Positions 37,981 to 47,632 of a stretch of 64,000 nucleotides of DNA are shown here, piece after piece; within the stretch, counting starts at the first letter, position 1, and each line of letters opens with the position of its first letter. Source of the DNA: Gloeobacterales cyanobacterium (GTDB taxonomy: Bacteria > Cyanobacteriota > Cyanobacteriia > Gloeobacterales > Anthocerotibacteraceae); the NCBI GenBank assembly GCA_038226175.1, contig JBBRQP010000008.1:2711-66710 (forward strand), given 5' to 3'. A program made the translations under genes and the position numbers. The notes under the pieces were generated by a model. That model ran no database searches and had not been told where the DNA came from. It was given only the letters and a program-made list of their open reading frames with translations.

Positions 37981-38125
37981 GCCCCTCTGCCCCATAAATG
38001 GGGGATGAAGCCCGGCTAATACTTGGTTTGGATACCTGAGAAGAAATAGAGCGTTAACGCTCTATTTCTGAAAGTGTAACTTTCCCTAAGCGTGCCTTGG
38101 TTCCCCATTTATGGGGCGGAGGGGC
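37981..38125. repeat. MITE-like nested palindromic element (145 bp)
   Basis: It has 23-nt terminal inverted repeats: GCCCCTCTGCCCCATAAATGGGG (37981-38003) and CCCCATTTATGGGGCGGAGGGGC (38103-38125), complementary at 22 of 23 positions. Inside is a perfect 28-nt palindrome, AGAAATAGAGCGTTAACGCTCTATTTCT (38042-38069). It has no coding capacity. Confidence 0.65.
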
Positions 38126-38216
38126 TGACTATTCAAGCGGTAAGCGTATTAGGCAGTGTCTGAGCATTTGCTAATCGAGAGTCAGTCAAGTTTTGGTCGC
38201 GCTTAGTGACTTAGGG

Positions 38217-39560
38217 CTACTTCTGTACCTTTTTACGACCACGTTGCTTTGTATCTCCTACTTGAGATCTTATGCGTTCTAAAAGAACACTGGCAGGCTC
38301 ATCATTGGGGTCTTGGGGGACTAGCTCACCCCGAAAGGCTTTGGCTAGGGTGGCTTGCTCTAGGCGGGTGCGGAGACGTTGAGCTTGTGCTAACTCAAAA
38401 TAAATCGTATTGATTGCTGACATTGAGTTATCGACAAGGCGGAGTAACTCATCCATCCCATTAGCTGGAGGAAGTGGAATAGGTGTACTTTTTAACACCT
38501 TGCCATTAATCTTCGGCATATTGCCAGCAGTGCCAGTTGCATTGGATTGAAAATATTGGCGAGCTATATCTGAGTTAAGGTATCTCCATAAGTATGTACC
38601 TAATGAGTTACTAGATACCCTAATTCGCATCATCAAATCAGGGTAGATATAAGTTTGTTCTGGTCCATCAAATATAGCTGTTGCACCGACATACTCTAAT
38701 GAGTTAGCACGTTGTACAAGAATATCGCCCTTTCGCAGCCAGTACTTAGCATTTGGTGGAATACTTTCATTAAGACGCTTTACTGCTTTAGGCGATAAAT
38801 CTAATATGCCGCGAGTTGTTGCTGTTAGCTTAAGGCTTAAGGTGCCTTGCCCATCTTCAGATGCTTGAGGAGAATAGCTATTAGTTGGTCCCTCTTGTAC
38901 CAAATTCTCCAATAGGAATTCCTTCCACCCTACTAACTCCTCAGTCCCCCGCCAATCCGCCGTCAACTCTCCTCGAAACGCAGCAGCCAACACAGCCTGT
39001 TTATACCGTTCAATGAGCCGAGGGATATGAGCCAACTCATCACGAGCACGAGTACTGTAGGTCATCAGGGCATCTAGCTTAGCTACAATGCGCTTTTGTT
39101 CGGGGAGAGGGGGAATCCCAATCTGAATTTCGGCAACTGCCTTCGGCCTAGCTCGCATTAACGAGCCACCTACACCGGAGACGTTGGATAAGAAGACTTG
39201 CCGAAATGCAGGTTCGGAAAGTGCATAGCGTAGGTAGTCTGGGTCACCAATGGAAGAGCGAATTACAATCCATTCCCCAGACGCAATCTGGCGGTTGAGC
39301 CCTTTTGGAGCAACTTTCCAGACACGGTTTATATGCGGGACAATCTTACAAAGAAGGACATCATTAGGCTCAACTGATTGCTTAGTAGAGCCAATATTAC
39401 TACCAGGTAGAACCTCTGGTGCTGAACAGGAAAAGGATGGAACACTGTAGAGCTCAAACGTCTCTGCTGGGTAACGGACAGGATCTACATTTGGAGTAGA
39501 CGGCATTCCCACTTCTTTAAGTGGAAGATTAAGCCAGCTTTCAAGAAGGATCTTCTTCAT
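38217..39560 (-). CDS. hsdS: Type I restriction-modification system specificity subunit
   Basis: 447 aa. Two variable target-recognition regions are separated by conserved helices (LPEQKRIVAKLDAL..., AAFRGELT) and repeated at the C-terminus (LAKAFRGELVPQDPNDEPA). Confidence 0.9.
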   Translation of the reverse strand: MKKILLESWLNLPLKEVGMPSTPNVDPVRYPAETFELYSVPSFSCSAPEVLPGSNIGSTKQSVEPNDVLLCKIVPHINRVWKVAPKGLNRQIASGEWIVIRSSIGDPDYLRYALSEPAFRQVFLSNVSGVGGSLMRARPKAVAEIQIGIPPLPEQKRIVAKLDALMTYSTRARDELAHIPRLIERYKQAVLAAAFRGELTADWRGTEELVGWKEFLLENLVQEGPTNSYSPQASEDGQGTLSLKLTATTRGILDLSPKAVKRLNESIPPNAKYWLRKGDILVQRANSLEYVGATAIFDGPEQTYIYPDLMMRIRVSSNSLGTYLWRYLNSDIARQYFQSNATGTAGNMPKINGKVLKSTPIPLPPANGMDELLRLVDNSMSAINTIYFELAQAQRLRTRLEQATLAKAFRGELVPQDPNDEPASVLLERIRSQVGDTKQRGRKKVQK

Positions 39561-39758
39561 ACTTCCACCCCCTCTAAAACAACAGATTCAACCATGATCA
39601 ACTCTTTTATCCTCACCATGTAGGAGGTTGATACCGTACTGGGCGTTGTCTCCAATCTACAGGAAAACCCAACTGATTTAGAGTCGTTTGTGATTGTTTA
39701 TTTAGCAACTCGATTAGCCGTTGCCGCCAAGGGGGATTTTACTCATGACCCCCTGCCC

Positions 39759-39810
39759 AAAAAAAAGTAACCCCCACGTTTGAGGCTGCCGAAGCACTAG
39801 CCTTGGAGGG
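39759..39810 (-). terminator. Possible hairpin plus T8 tract between hsdM and hsdS
   Basis: The minus strand reads CCCTCCAAGGCTAGTGCTTCGGCAGCCTCAAACGTGGGGGTTAC followed by TTTTTTTT. There is an inner stem with a UUCG loop. The stem is imperfect and the T-tract is offset. Confidence 0.3.
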
Positions 39811-39860
39811 TTTTATTACTACTATGATAACCCAAATATTGATAATTTTTGACAAAATCG

Positions 39861-41375
39861 TCATGCCGTCCAGACCTCGCTAGTAGTTTCCGGCTCTCGT
39901 TCAATAGTTACTAATTCTTCACTCAATGCCTCTATCTCCTCCAGCGCATTCCGCAAATGTTGAGCAATCGCCGCCGCCAACTCCTCCGGCTCCGTCAATT
40001 CATCCTCAGGGTCTTGGCTCTCATCCCGCAACCAAGCAATATCCAGATTGTCATTACGAGCAGCTATCTGGTCACGGCTAAAGCAACGGAAACGACCTTC
40101 CTCCCCCTGGTCAACACGGGGCGATAGCCCGTAGGGGTCATCCCCGAAGCACTGCTCAAACTCAGCAAAATCCTCAACTTTCAAGGGGCGCGTCTTGCCA
40201 TAGCTCGGCGCATTAGCCCGCATATCGTAAACCCATACATCCTTGGTGCTAGCGCGGTCAGCCTTACCCCGTGCCAGAAACACCACATTAGTCTTGACCC
40301 CTTGAGCATAAAAAATCCCCGTAGGCAGTCTCAAGATCGTATGCACATGACACCGCTCCATCATCTCCTGGCGCAAGCGACGACCCGTATTGTCCTCAAA
40401 AAGGACATTATCCGGTAACACCACCGCTGCTCTTCCCCCTGGCTTTAAGGCTCGATAGATATGCTCCACAAAGGCCAACTGTTTATTGCTGGTGTTGGCA
40501 GTGATCGAGAAATCATTACGGGTCGGTCGTCCCCCGCCCTTTTTAGTGCCAAAGGGCGGATTAGTTAAGATGACATCCGCTCTACCCAAGGCTTGCCCAT
40601 CGGGAGATAAGGTATCGCCAGACCCGACTGGGCTTTCGATGCCGTGGAGCATCAGGTTCATCAGACAAAGTTTATGGGTATCAGGCACCAGTTCTAGCCC
40701 CGTAAAAGCAACCTGGCGTGGGAAGTGCTGTTGTTCGGTGGTCAAACTATATAAATCCTTGGTTTGCGCCTTGATGTAATGGTCTGCTGCCACCAAAAAT
40801 CCACCTGTACCCGCTGCGGGGTCTTGGATAATCTCTCCCACTTTGGGCTTGACCAGCCGGACAATGCAATCAATTAGCGGTCGAGGCGTGAAGTATTGCC
40901 CGGCTCCCGACTTCTTCTCCGAGGCATTCTTTTCTAGCAAACCCTCATAAAGATTACCTAAACCCTCTTCGCGCGCTGAGAACCAGTCCAGACGCTCAAT
41001 GGCCGTGGTGAGAGATTTGAGATTGGCGGGTTTACGCAGCGAAGTTTGAGCATCCGCAAAGATAGCCTTAGTCCGGGCATCGCCAAAATGCTGCTTATCC
41101 GGTGCCGAGGAACCCAAGTCCAAGAGCATTTGCTTATAGTGGGTCAGCTGGGCTTCCCCCTCACGGTGGGTGAGTTCAGACCAGCGGTAGTTAGCAGGGA
41201 GCAAATTTTCTCGTCCTGTCTCCGCCAACATCTTGAGAAATAGCAGGTAGGTGAGTTCGGTAACGTATAGCTGGTAGGTAATGCCATCATCCCGCAGGAT
41301 ATTACACAAATTCCATAACTTAGCGACAATATCGCGGGTACTAGCCGTTAGCTGATTCAACCGACCACACTCCAA
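39861..41375 (-). CDS. hsdM: Type I restriction-modification system DNA methyltransferase subunit
   Basis: It has the HsdM N-terminal domain (LWNLCNILRDDGI...YVTELTYLLFLK), the SAM motif DPAAGTGGF and the catalytic NPPFG. It overlaps hsdR by 19 nt. Confidence 0.95.
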   Translation of the reverse strand: MECGRLNQLTASTRDIVAKLWNLCNILRDDGITYQLYVTELTYLLFLKMLAETGRENLLPANYRWSELTHREGEAQLTHYKQMLLDLGSSAPDKQHFGDARTKAIFADAQTSLRKPANLKSLTTAIERLDWFSAREEGLGNLYEGLLEKNASEKKSGAGQYFTPRPLIDCIVRLVKPKVGEIIQDPAAGTGGFLVAADHYIKAQTKDLYSLTTEQQHFPRQVAFTGLELVPDTHKLCLMNLMLHGIESPVGSGDTLSPDGQALGRADVILTNPPFGTKKGGGRPTRNDFSITANTSNKQLAFVEHIYRALKPGGRAAVVLPDNVLFEDNTGRRLRQEMMERCHVHTILRLPTGIFYAQGVKTNVVFLARGKADRASTKDVWVYDMRANAPSYGKTRPLKVEDFAEFEQCFGDDPYGLSPRVDQGEEGRFRCFSRDQIAARNDNLDIAWLRDESQDPEDELTEPEELAAAIAQHLRNALEEIEALSEELVTIEREPETTSEVWTA

Positions 41376-44300
41376 ATTTCTTCATTGATATCACCCAGGA
41401 TGGTTTCTAACTTACCATCAAACCGCTTATTCAAATTAGCAAACCCCCCGGTATCCACCTTAAATTGGTCGGAGTCGAGAGCTTCGCGGTCTACCACAAT
41501 CTCCTTAATAAACTGGTCACCAATCCGCTTCAACCATTTACGTTGGATTTCCGTCCAGGCATGACGTTTGAGGATGCGTTCCATCGCCGCTTTAACCCTG
41601 TCCTCATAGGGAATCAGGGCATCCCCTAAAGCAGCACGGCGGATAAAACCAATAATCGAAGCGGCAATATCCTCATTTTTAGCATCCTGCCAAGCCCGTC
41701 GCAGATTGGTATCCGAGTACCCCAAGCGGTCTAGCTCTAGCCGTAGCGCTTTAAGTTGGGCACGGGTTAGGTCACGGGGCCGTTGGGTCACGACGCTGAG
41801 TGCCACTATCTCATTGAGGTTATTGCGCACAAAGGCGGTGAAGGCATCCAGGAAATCTTCTGGCTTCTGCCCTGAGCCATAGCCCCGCGTTATCGAACGA
41901 AGGGAATCGGGGTGGTTGGAGATGGGTAATACCGACCCTCTACCCTGATCAGGGTTCCAATCCAAAATTAGGCCAAGGTTAGGTTTATCGCTTGCCCATT
42001 GCGCCAATTGCTGAGCGGGTTCCGTGCGCAGCCTCACCAAGGTTTCCTCTGGGGTCTCCCCTATTTCCTGCTGGTACAGCTCCCGCGCTTCGGCATTGAG
42101 CTTAGTGAGGCGACGGCGCAGCTTGACCACGATTTGTTCAATAATCGTGTCCTGGTGGTTGACGGCCTCTTGCTTTTGGAGTTCCTCAAAAAGTTGGGTC
42201 AGGGTAATGGATGGGTCAGCTACCACGGGCTTCATTGTGGTCACCGCTTCCAGGGTGCTGTACACGTCTACGGCATCAAAAATACGAAAGGTTTCTTTGC
42301 CAATCTCTGGGCATTGGCGGGTTGCCCGACCCATCATTTGTTCATAGAGAATGCGGCTATTGACCCGACGCAAGAAAACCAGATTGGTAATACTAGGAAC
42401 ATCAATCCCTGTCGTTAAAAGGTCTACCGTCACAGCAATTTTAGGCAAGGGGTCATTACGGAAGGCCAAGATTAAGTCCCGCACCCGGTCGACACTCCCG
42501 GTAATTTTTTTAATCGTCGCATCATCTATCTCCCCAAAACGTTCTGCAAACACCTGTTTGAGTTGGTTGACCACAATATCGGCATGACCATTATTCACAG
42601 CAAAGATCAGGGTTTTACCCGGTTCGGCAGGGTCAATATAATCGGCAAGAGCCTCCGCTACCACCCGGTTAAAAGATTCGGTTATCACCTTGCGGTTAAA
42701 TTCTTCTACTTCATAGTTCAGCTCATCTGCCACAGCCACAGAATCTATGGTTCCTGTACCCGTATTGTAGAGTTGGACTTGCTCCCCCGTTCTAAATCTA
42801 ATACCCTCCTGGGCTAGAGCCGTCAGGATTTGGATAGGAGGTTCGTGGTCAATGAGATAGCCATCAATCACCGCCTCACGGTAGGAATAGGTATAGATGG
42901 GGTCACCAAAAATAGCAACGGTGTGTAGCGCAGGCGTAGCCGTCAGACCAATCTTGACCGCATCGAAATGTTCTAATACCCGACGGTACTTAGAAATGTA
43001 GTCTTCCTGAGAACGAAACTCAATTTCTGCATCTGATAACTCCCGGTCTAGCAAATACCCGCGATGGCATTCATCCACTACCAGCAAGTCATATTGGTCT
43101 ACTGGGGGTATATCTGCTGGCTCACTGGCATAGAGTACCCGCTTCACCAGCCCTTGGATCGTGCAGATATGGACTTTGGTTTCTGAATCCGGCTTAACCT
43201 CTTTCAATTCTTTGAGCCCGAAAGTATCGGCAAAGGTGCGGATACTCACCACCTTCGTGGTCTTAAATTCTCTTGCTGCCTGTTCCCCTAGGGCACTACG
43301 GTCAACCACAAAACAGATGCGCTTAAACCGCTTGGCACTGAGCAACCGATAGAGCAAAGCAATTGCCAGTTTGGTTTTACCCGTACCTGTTGCCATCGCC
43401 ACCAACATCCGCCGTTGGTCTTGCTCCAGAGCGTTTTCAATATTCTCGATTGCCTGACGCTGATAGGGTCGTAGCGGGAAGCCAAATTCCATGGTTTGGG
43501 TTTTGAGGGCGCGATGGGCATCTTCCCGATCCATTTCTAAGAGGTTGACTAGTCCTTCCGGGGTATACCAATCCATCAGAGCCCGGCGCAGATTGGTCGG
43601 TTTACGGGCATCCCGGAACCAAATTCCACTTTCTGTTTCTAATTGTTTTAGGTAAGGCCGCCCATTAGCACTAAACAAAAAAGGCACCTTAAATTGTTGA
43701 CCTTTGCCGTCCTGCCAAGGCTCACCCGCAAAAACAACGCCCGCTTTGGCCTCTATCCCCCGTGCATAGCGTTCTACTTGGTCAATACAGGCCGAGACAT
43801 TTTTGTTCTTCTTTTTAGCTTCTACTAGGCCGAGGCAGGTGGTACCCACGAACAGCGCGTAATCAGCAGGGTCACTTACGGTTGGCCATTCGGCAATGGC
43901 AAAGTTACGTCCCCGTACCGGACGGGTGCCTTTGCTATAACGGAGAGTTTCTGTATCAACTTCCCAGCCCCGGTCTCTAAGTTGCTGGTCAATAATCGCT
44001 CGCGTCCCAGCTTCATCCAAACCAAGGGTTTTTCCAAGATCCTGAGCTATTTGAATCTGGCGAGCTTGTTGTTCCTGGGGAACTAAAGTAGCGGTCTGTT
44101 GCAGGGTCTTTAATTCCTGAACTAACACTTGCTTAGCGGCTTCCGCTTCCGAAGCTAATTGCTCCCAAAGGGCTTTTTCCTCGGCTTCTTTGGCTACCCG
44201 TTGATCTGCTGAGAGCAGAACTTCAGCTTGGTGGCGGGCCTCTTCTTTAGCGCGCTCAGTGTCGGTTTGACTGGCAATCAGTTCCCTTTGTAACTGAGCT

Positions 44301-44758
44301 AGATCCTCCCGTAATTGTTCTGATGGATCTGCTGGGGGTGTCGGCGGCACAAAGGAGCCTGTCGAGAATTTCTGGTCTGTACCAAAGCTACGTTGGAACC
44401 AAATGCCGAGTTGATGGGCAATTTTAAGAGCCGTAAGGGCAGTACCGTGATTGCCTGTATAGTTATGAGCCGCCTCATTACCTCGACTCCGCAGATGATG
44501 GAAATACTCTGAGACCTGTGGGCTTAAAGCTCCTTCCTGTTTTAAGCGCCGTAACAGCTCAGACTGACTCTCTTGGGGGTCTTTTAAAAGTCCTAAGCTG
44601 GCTGCGGTGAGTTGTGCCAAAAATTCACTATATTGCCGGAGTTTGATTAGGGTGGTATTGGGATCTTCCTGAAAATAGCGTTCTGCCAACGACCCAAGCC
44701 GCACTAATTGGGCATCAAAAGCCTTGAGATGATTAAAGTTTTTGGACTCTGGTAACAC
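41357..44758 (-). CDS. hsdR: Type I restriction enzyme R subunit with an N-terminal DUF4145-like and coiled-coil extension
   Basis: 1133 aa. It has the PD-(D/E)xK region (ADYALF...LVEAKKK), helicase motif I MATGTGKT, motif II VVDECHR and motif VI QMMGRATR. The first approximately 250 aa have a RGNEAAHNY-type DUF4145 signature followed by a Glu/Gln/Ala-rich coiled coil. Confidence 0.95.
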   Translation of the reverse strand: MLPESKNFNHLKAFDAQLVRLGSLAERYFQEDPNTTLIKLRQYSEFLAQLTAASLGLLKDPQESQSELLRRLKQEGALSPQVSEYFHHLRSRGNEAAHNYTGNHGTALTALKIAHQLGIWFQRSFGTDQKFSTGSFVPPTPPADPSEQLREDLAQLQRELIASQTDTERAKEEARHQAEVLLSADQRVAKEAEEKALWEQLASEAEAAKQVLVQELKTLQQTATLVPQEQQARQIQIAQDLGKTLGLDEAGTRAIIDQQLRDRGWEVDTETLRYSKGTRPVRGRNFAIAEWPTVSDPADYALFVGTTCLGLVEAKKKNKNVSACIDQVERYARGIEAKAGVVFAGEPWQDGKGQQFKVPFLFSANGRPYLKQLETESGIWFRDARKPTNLRRALMDWYTPEGLVNLLEMDREDAHRALKTQTMEFGFPLRPYQRQAIENIENALEQDQRRMLVAMATGTGKTKLAIALLYRLLSAKRFKRICFVVDRSALGEQAAREFKTTKVVSIRTFADTFGLKELKEVKPDSETKVHICTIQGLVKRVLYASEPADIPPVDQYDLLVVDECHRGYLLDRELSDAEIEFRSQEDYISKYRRVLEHFDAVKIGLTATPALHTVAIFGDPIYTYSYREAVIDGYLIDHEPPIQILTALAQEGIRFRTGEQVQLYNTGTGTIDSVAVADELNYEVEEFNRKVITESFNRVVAEALADYIDPAEPGKTLIFAVNNGHADIVVNQLKQVFAERFGEIDDATIKKITGSVDRVRDLILAFRNDPLPKIAVTVDLLTTGIDVPSITNLVFLRRVNSRILYEQMMGRATRQCPEIGKETFRIFDAVDVYSTLEAVTTMKPVVADPSITLTQLFEELQKQEAVNHQDTIIEQIVVKLRRRLTKLNAEARELYQQEIGETPEETLVRLRTEPAQQLAQWASDKPNLGLILDWNPDQGRGSVLPISNHPDSLRSITRGYGSGQKPEDFLDAFTAFVRNNLNEIVALSVVTQRPRDLTRAQLKALRLELDRLGYSDTNLRRAWQDAKNEDIAASIIGFIRRAALGDALIPYEDRVKAAMERILKRHAWTEIQRKWLKRIGDQFIKEIVVDREALDSDQFKVDTGGFANLNKRFDGKLETILGDINEEIWSVVG

Positions 44759-44913
44759 AGTCCATTACCTCTTGGGGTAGGCGGTTATTGAACAAAATAT
44801 GGCCTAGCTCCCAACTATCTTACTAGTTTTATACTGATGGCAAGCTCATTCACCAAAAGCGGTGAGGAGAATCTTTTACAACCTTGCACAATAGCCATAG
44901 GAAAACATCACAA

Positions 44914-46119
44914 TTAGCGATCCACTTCACCCATGATGATATCGACCGATCCCAAAATTGCCATCAAGTCAGCGATTTTGCAGCCTTGAACCATTTGGGC
45001 AAGCGGACCGAGATTGACAAAGCCCGGGGGACGAATTTTGAAACGCCAAGGGCTAGTGGAACCATCACCGATTAGATAAATGCCTAGTTCACCCTTTGAA
45101 GACTCGATGCGGACATAATGTTCACCCGCTGGGATTTTGAAGTTAGGGGCAGGTTTTTTGCTAATAAACTGATAATCCGCACCATTCCAGTCACTTTTGG
45201 GGCCACCAGCAAGGCGTTGGGCTTCTAGGTTTTCGTAAGGGCCACCAGGGATCTGATCGAGACATTGCAAGATGATTTTGGTCGATTCGCGCATTTCTTT
45301 GAGCCGTACCAGATACCGCGCCAGTACATCACCTTCCGTTGCCCAAGCCACCTCAAAATCCACTTCATCGTAGATAGCGTAGGGCTCGGCTCGACGCAAA
45401 TCCCACTTCACGCCTGAGGCTCTTAGCATGGCTCCCGATAAACCCCAATTGATTGCGTCTTCTCGGGAAAGTACGCCTAATCCTTCGACCCGGCGACGAA
45501 AAATTGGATTATTGGTAATCAGGACTTCGTATTCATCAACTTTGGGCAAGAAATAATGACAAAAATCACGACACTTATCTACCCAACCGTAGGTCAAGTC
45601 TGAGGCCACCCCACCGACACGGTGATAGTTGTGCATCATGCGCACCCCAGAACAGGCTTCAAATAAGTCATAGACTAATTCGCGTTCACGGAAAATATAG
45701 AAGAATGGCGTATTAGCCCCCAAATCAGCCATGAAGGGCCCTAACCAGAGCAGGTGCGAACCAATGCGCGCCAACTCCATCATGATCACGCGGATGTATT
45801 GAGCCCGTTTTGGTACTGGGATATCGGCAAGTTGCTCGAAGGCCATACAGACGACGGCTTCCATCAACATCGTGGCAGCATAATCCCAGCGGGTCGAATA
45901 GGGTAAAAACTGAACAACCGTGCGATTTTCGGCGATTTTTTCCATACCGCGATGCAAGTAACCCAAAACGGGTTCACAATCTTCAATATTTTCACCATTG
46001 AGGGTGACAATCAAACGTAATACACCATGCATCGAAGGGTGATGAGGCCCTAGATTTAGTATCATCCGGTCGGCACGGGTTTCAATCATCGTCATAAGGA
46101 TAAGCCTCGCCGCTGTCAC
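44914..46119 (-). CDS. ndhH: NAD(P)H-quinone oxidoreductase subunit H
   Basis: About 394-401 aa. It has [23 protein letters not shown] and a C-terminal DIIMGEVDR, all hallmarks of NdhH/NuoD. Confidence 0.95.
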   Translation of the reverse strand: MTAARLILMTMIETRADRMILNLGPHHPSMHGVLRLIVTLNGENIEDCEPVLGYLHRGMEKIAENRTVVQFLPYSTRWDYAATMLMEAVVCMAFEQLADIPVPKRAQYIRVIMMELARIGSHLLWLGPFMADLGANTPFFYIFRERELVYDLFEACSGVRMMHNYHRVGGVASDLTYGWVDKCRDFCHYFLPKVDEYEVLITNNPIFRRRVEGLGVLSREDAINWGLSGAMLRASGVKWDLRRAEPYAIYDEVDFEVAWATEGDVLARYLVRLKEMRESTKIILQCLDQIPGGPYENLEAQRLAGGPKSDWNGADYQFISKKPAPNFKIPAGEHYVRIESSKGELGIYLIGDGSTSPWRFKIRPPGFVNLGPLAQMVQGCKIADLMAILGSVDIIMGEVDR

Positions 46120-46261
46120 ACTCCATCATAAGTCAGGAGTTCCTAATCTGGGAGGGGTCTTTGTTATCAGAGCAAAGCTGGTTGCCAAAACCTGATTGCC
46201 ACCATCAGCCATACATGCGGCTGAATTAGTAGAAATCAAGGATCAAGAATAAATTGGCACA

Positions 46262-46636
46262 TTAACCCAAACTTCTTGCTGTCAAAAAGCCCAAGTAAGC
46301 AGCACCGATACCACCGCCTACACTACCCAAAACATAGCCTGCTGCGAGCATTAGCTTACCCTGCTCAACTAATCCTAGGGTTTCGATACTAAACGCACTA
46401 AACGTCGTATAAGCACCACAAAATCCTGTGCCTAAAAGTAACCGTAACTCCATACTCAAGGCTAGCTCACCTCGCAAAGAAACAAGCAAACCCAGCACAA
46501 AAGATCCAGTTAGGTTAATCAGTAATGTCCCTAACGGAAAACCAGAACCAAAACGTTCTAGTGCCCACATACCCAACCCATAGCGCGTAAGTGCACCCAA
46601 GGCTCCCCCCAACATAATTAACAGTAGCGAGGGCAT
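46262..46636 (-). CDS. crcB: Fluoride efflux transporter CrcB
   Basis: 124 aa with 4 TM segments. It has GGALGALTRY and GFCGAYTTFS, the CrcB signature. Confidence 0.85.
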   Translation of the reverse strand: MPSLLLIMLGGALGALTRYGLGMWALERFGSGFPLGTLLINLTGSFVLGLLVSLRGELALSMELRLLLGTGFCGAYTTFSAFSIETLGLVEQGKLMLAAGYVLGSVGGGIGAAYLGFLTARSLG

Positions 46637-46639
46637 CCG

Positions 46640-47419
46640 TTACTCCTGCGTTTTCAATTGTTGTTTGGCGGTTTGCCAAAATTGTTCTAATTCAACAATA
46701 GAATAGGTTTCTAAAGGACGTTCAGCTAAGGCTTCAACAAGGGCAAACCGATTGAGAAAACGCCGATTAGTTTCGCGCAAAGCTGTCTCGCTGTCAATTT
46801 TTTGCCATCGGGCAACGTTGACTAAGCTAAATAATACATCTCCGAGTTCTTCGCTTTGGCGCAAGGGTGATTCTTGGGCGATAGCTCCCTCTAATTCAGC
46901 AATTTCTTCTTTGACCTTGGCGAGCACACCACTTAGATCAGACCATTCAAATCCCACCTGGGCTACTTTACGAGAGATCTTGTGGGCAGTACTCAGGGCA
47001 GAAAGATTTTTGGGAAGTTGACGAAGTTTTGCGGTGACCGTTTGGACAGGTTTCTCTTGGGTTTTGAGGTGTTCCCAGTTACTAATTACTTCGGCACTAG
47101 AACTAACGGCTACCGAACCAAAAACATGGGGGTGACGATAGATCATTTTTTCGGTAAGACGTTCACAAATAGCCGCAAAATCAAACTGCTCTGACTCACT
47201 AAAGATTTGGGCTTGCAGGACAATTTGTAATAATAAGTCCCCTAATTCTTCTAAAATCTCGTCTTGATTGCCTGATTCGATAGCTGCCACAACTTCGGCG
47301 GCTTCTTCGAGAAGATAAGGACACAAACTCTCAGGGGTTTGCTCTTGATCCCAAGGACAGCCTGCACGTAGAGCAGCAATAGTTTTGAGTAGGCGAGTGA
47401 GCGCAGCTTCGGGTGGCAT
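46640..47419 (-). CDS. mazG: Nucleoside triphosphate pyrophosphohydrolase MazG
   Basis: It has tandem MazG domains with EE..E..E/D motifs (LLEEAAEVVAAI...EELGDLLLQ, and EEIAELEGA...EELGDVLFSL). Confidence 0.9.
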   Translation of the reverse strand: MPPEAALTRLLKTIAALRAGCPWDQEQTPESLCPYLLEEAAEVVAAIESGNQDEILEELGDLLLQIVLQAQIFSESEQFDFAAICERLTEKMIYRHPHVFGSVAVSSSAEVISNWEHLKTQEKPVQTVTAKLRQLPKNLSALSTAHKISRKVAQVGFEWSDLSGVLAKVKEEIAELEGAIAQESPLRQSEELGDVLFSLVNVARWQKIDSETALRETNRRFLNRFALVEALAERPLETYSIVELEQFWQTAKQQLKTQE

Positions 47420-47526
47420 AGGGTTATTGTGACACGAACTATCCAGCTATATGCAAGGCCAAAAAAATCCTAGGACAAGGTGTCACCTTTACCCCTGGCA
47501 ATCTGCTGTTACTATGTGTATGGGTT

Positions 47527-47599
47527 GGGCCGTTGGCCGAACGGTTGAGGCAGCGAGCTCATAATTCGCCTTAAGCAGGTTCAACTCCTGCACGGCCCA
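47527..47599 (+). tRNA. tRNA with CAU anticodon (elongator Met or lysidine-modified Ile2)
   Basis: It folds by hand into a cloverleaf: acceptor GGGCCGT/ACGGCCC, D-stem GCC/GGC, anticodon stem GCGAG/TTCGC with loop CTCATAA, and T-arm GCAGG-TTCAACT-CCTGC. It has no encoded CCA and no initiator features. Confidence 0.85.
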
Positions 47600-47632
47600 T
47601 TCCCTGTTACTTTAGCGGTAAGGTTGTTGCTG

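Noticed and set aside
41999-43521. A series of ORFs (63-139 aa, both strands and frames) within hsdR, and similar ones within hsdM (40486-41329).
   Set aside because: They are embedded in or antisense to the long, motif-rich R-M genes. Their composition is typical of out-of-frame translation.
46637-46700. A fluoride riboswitch upstream of crcB.
   Set aside because: crcB starts 3 nt after the mazG stop, so there is no leader region to hold a riboswitch.
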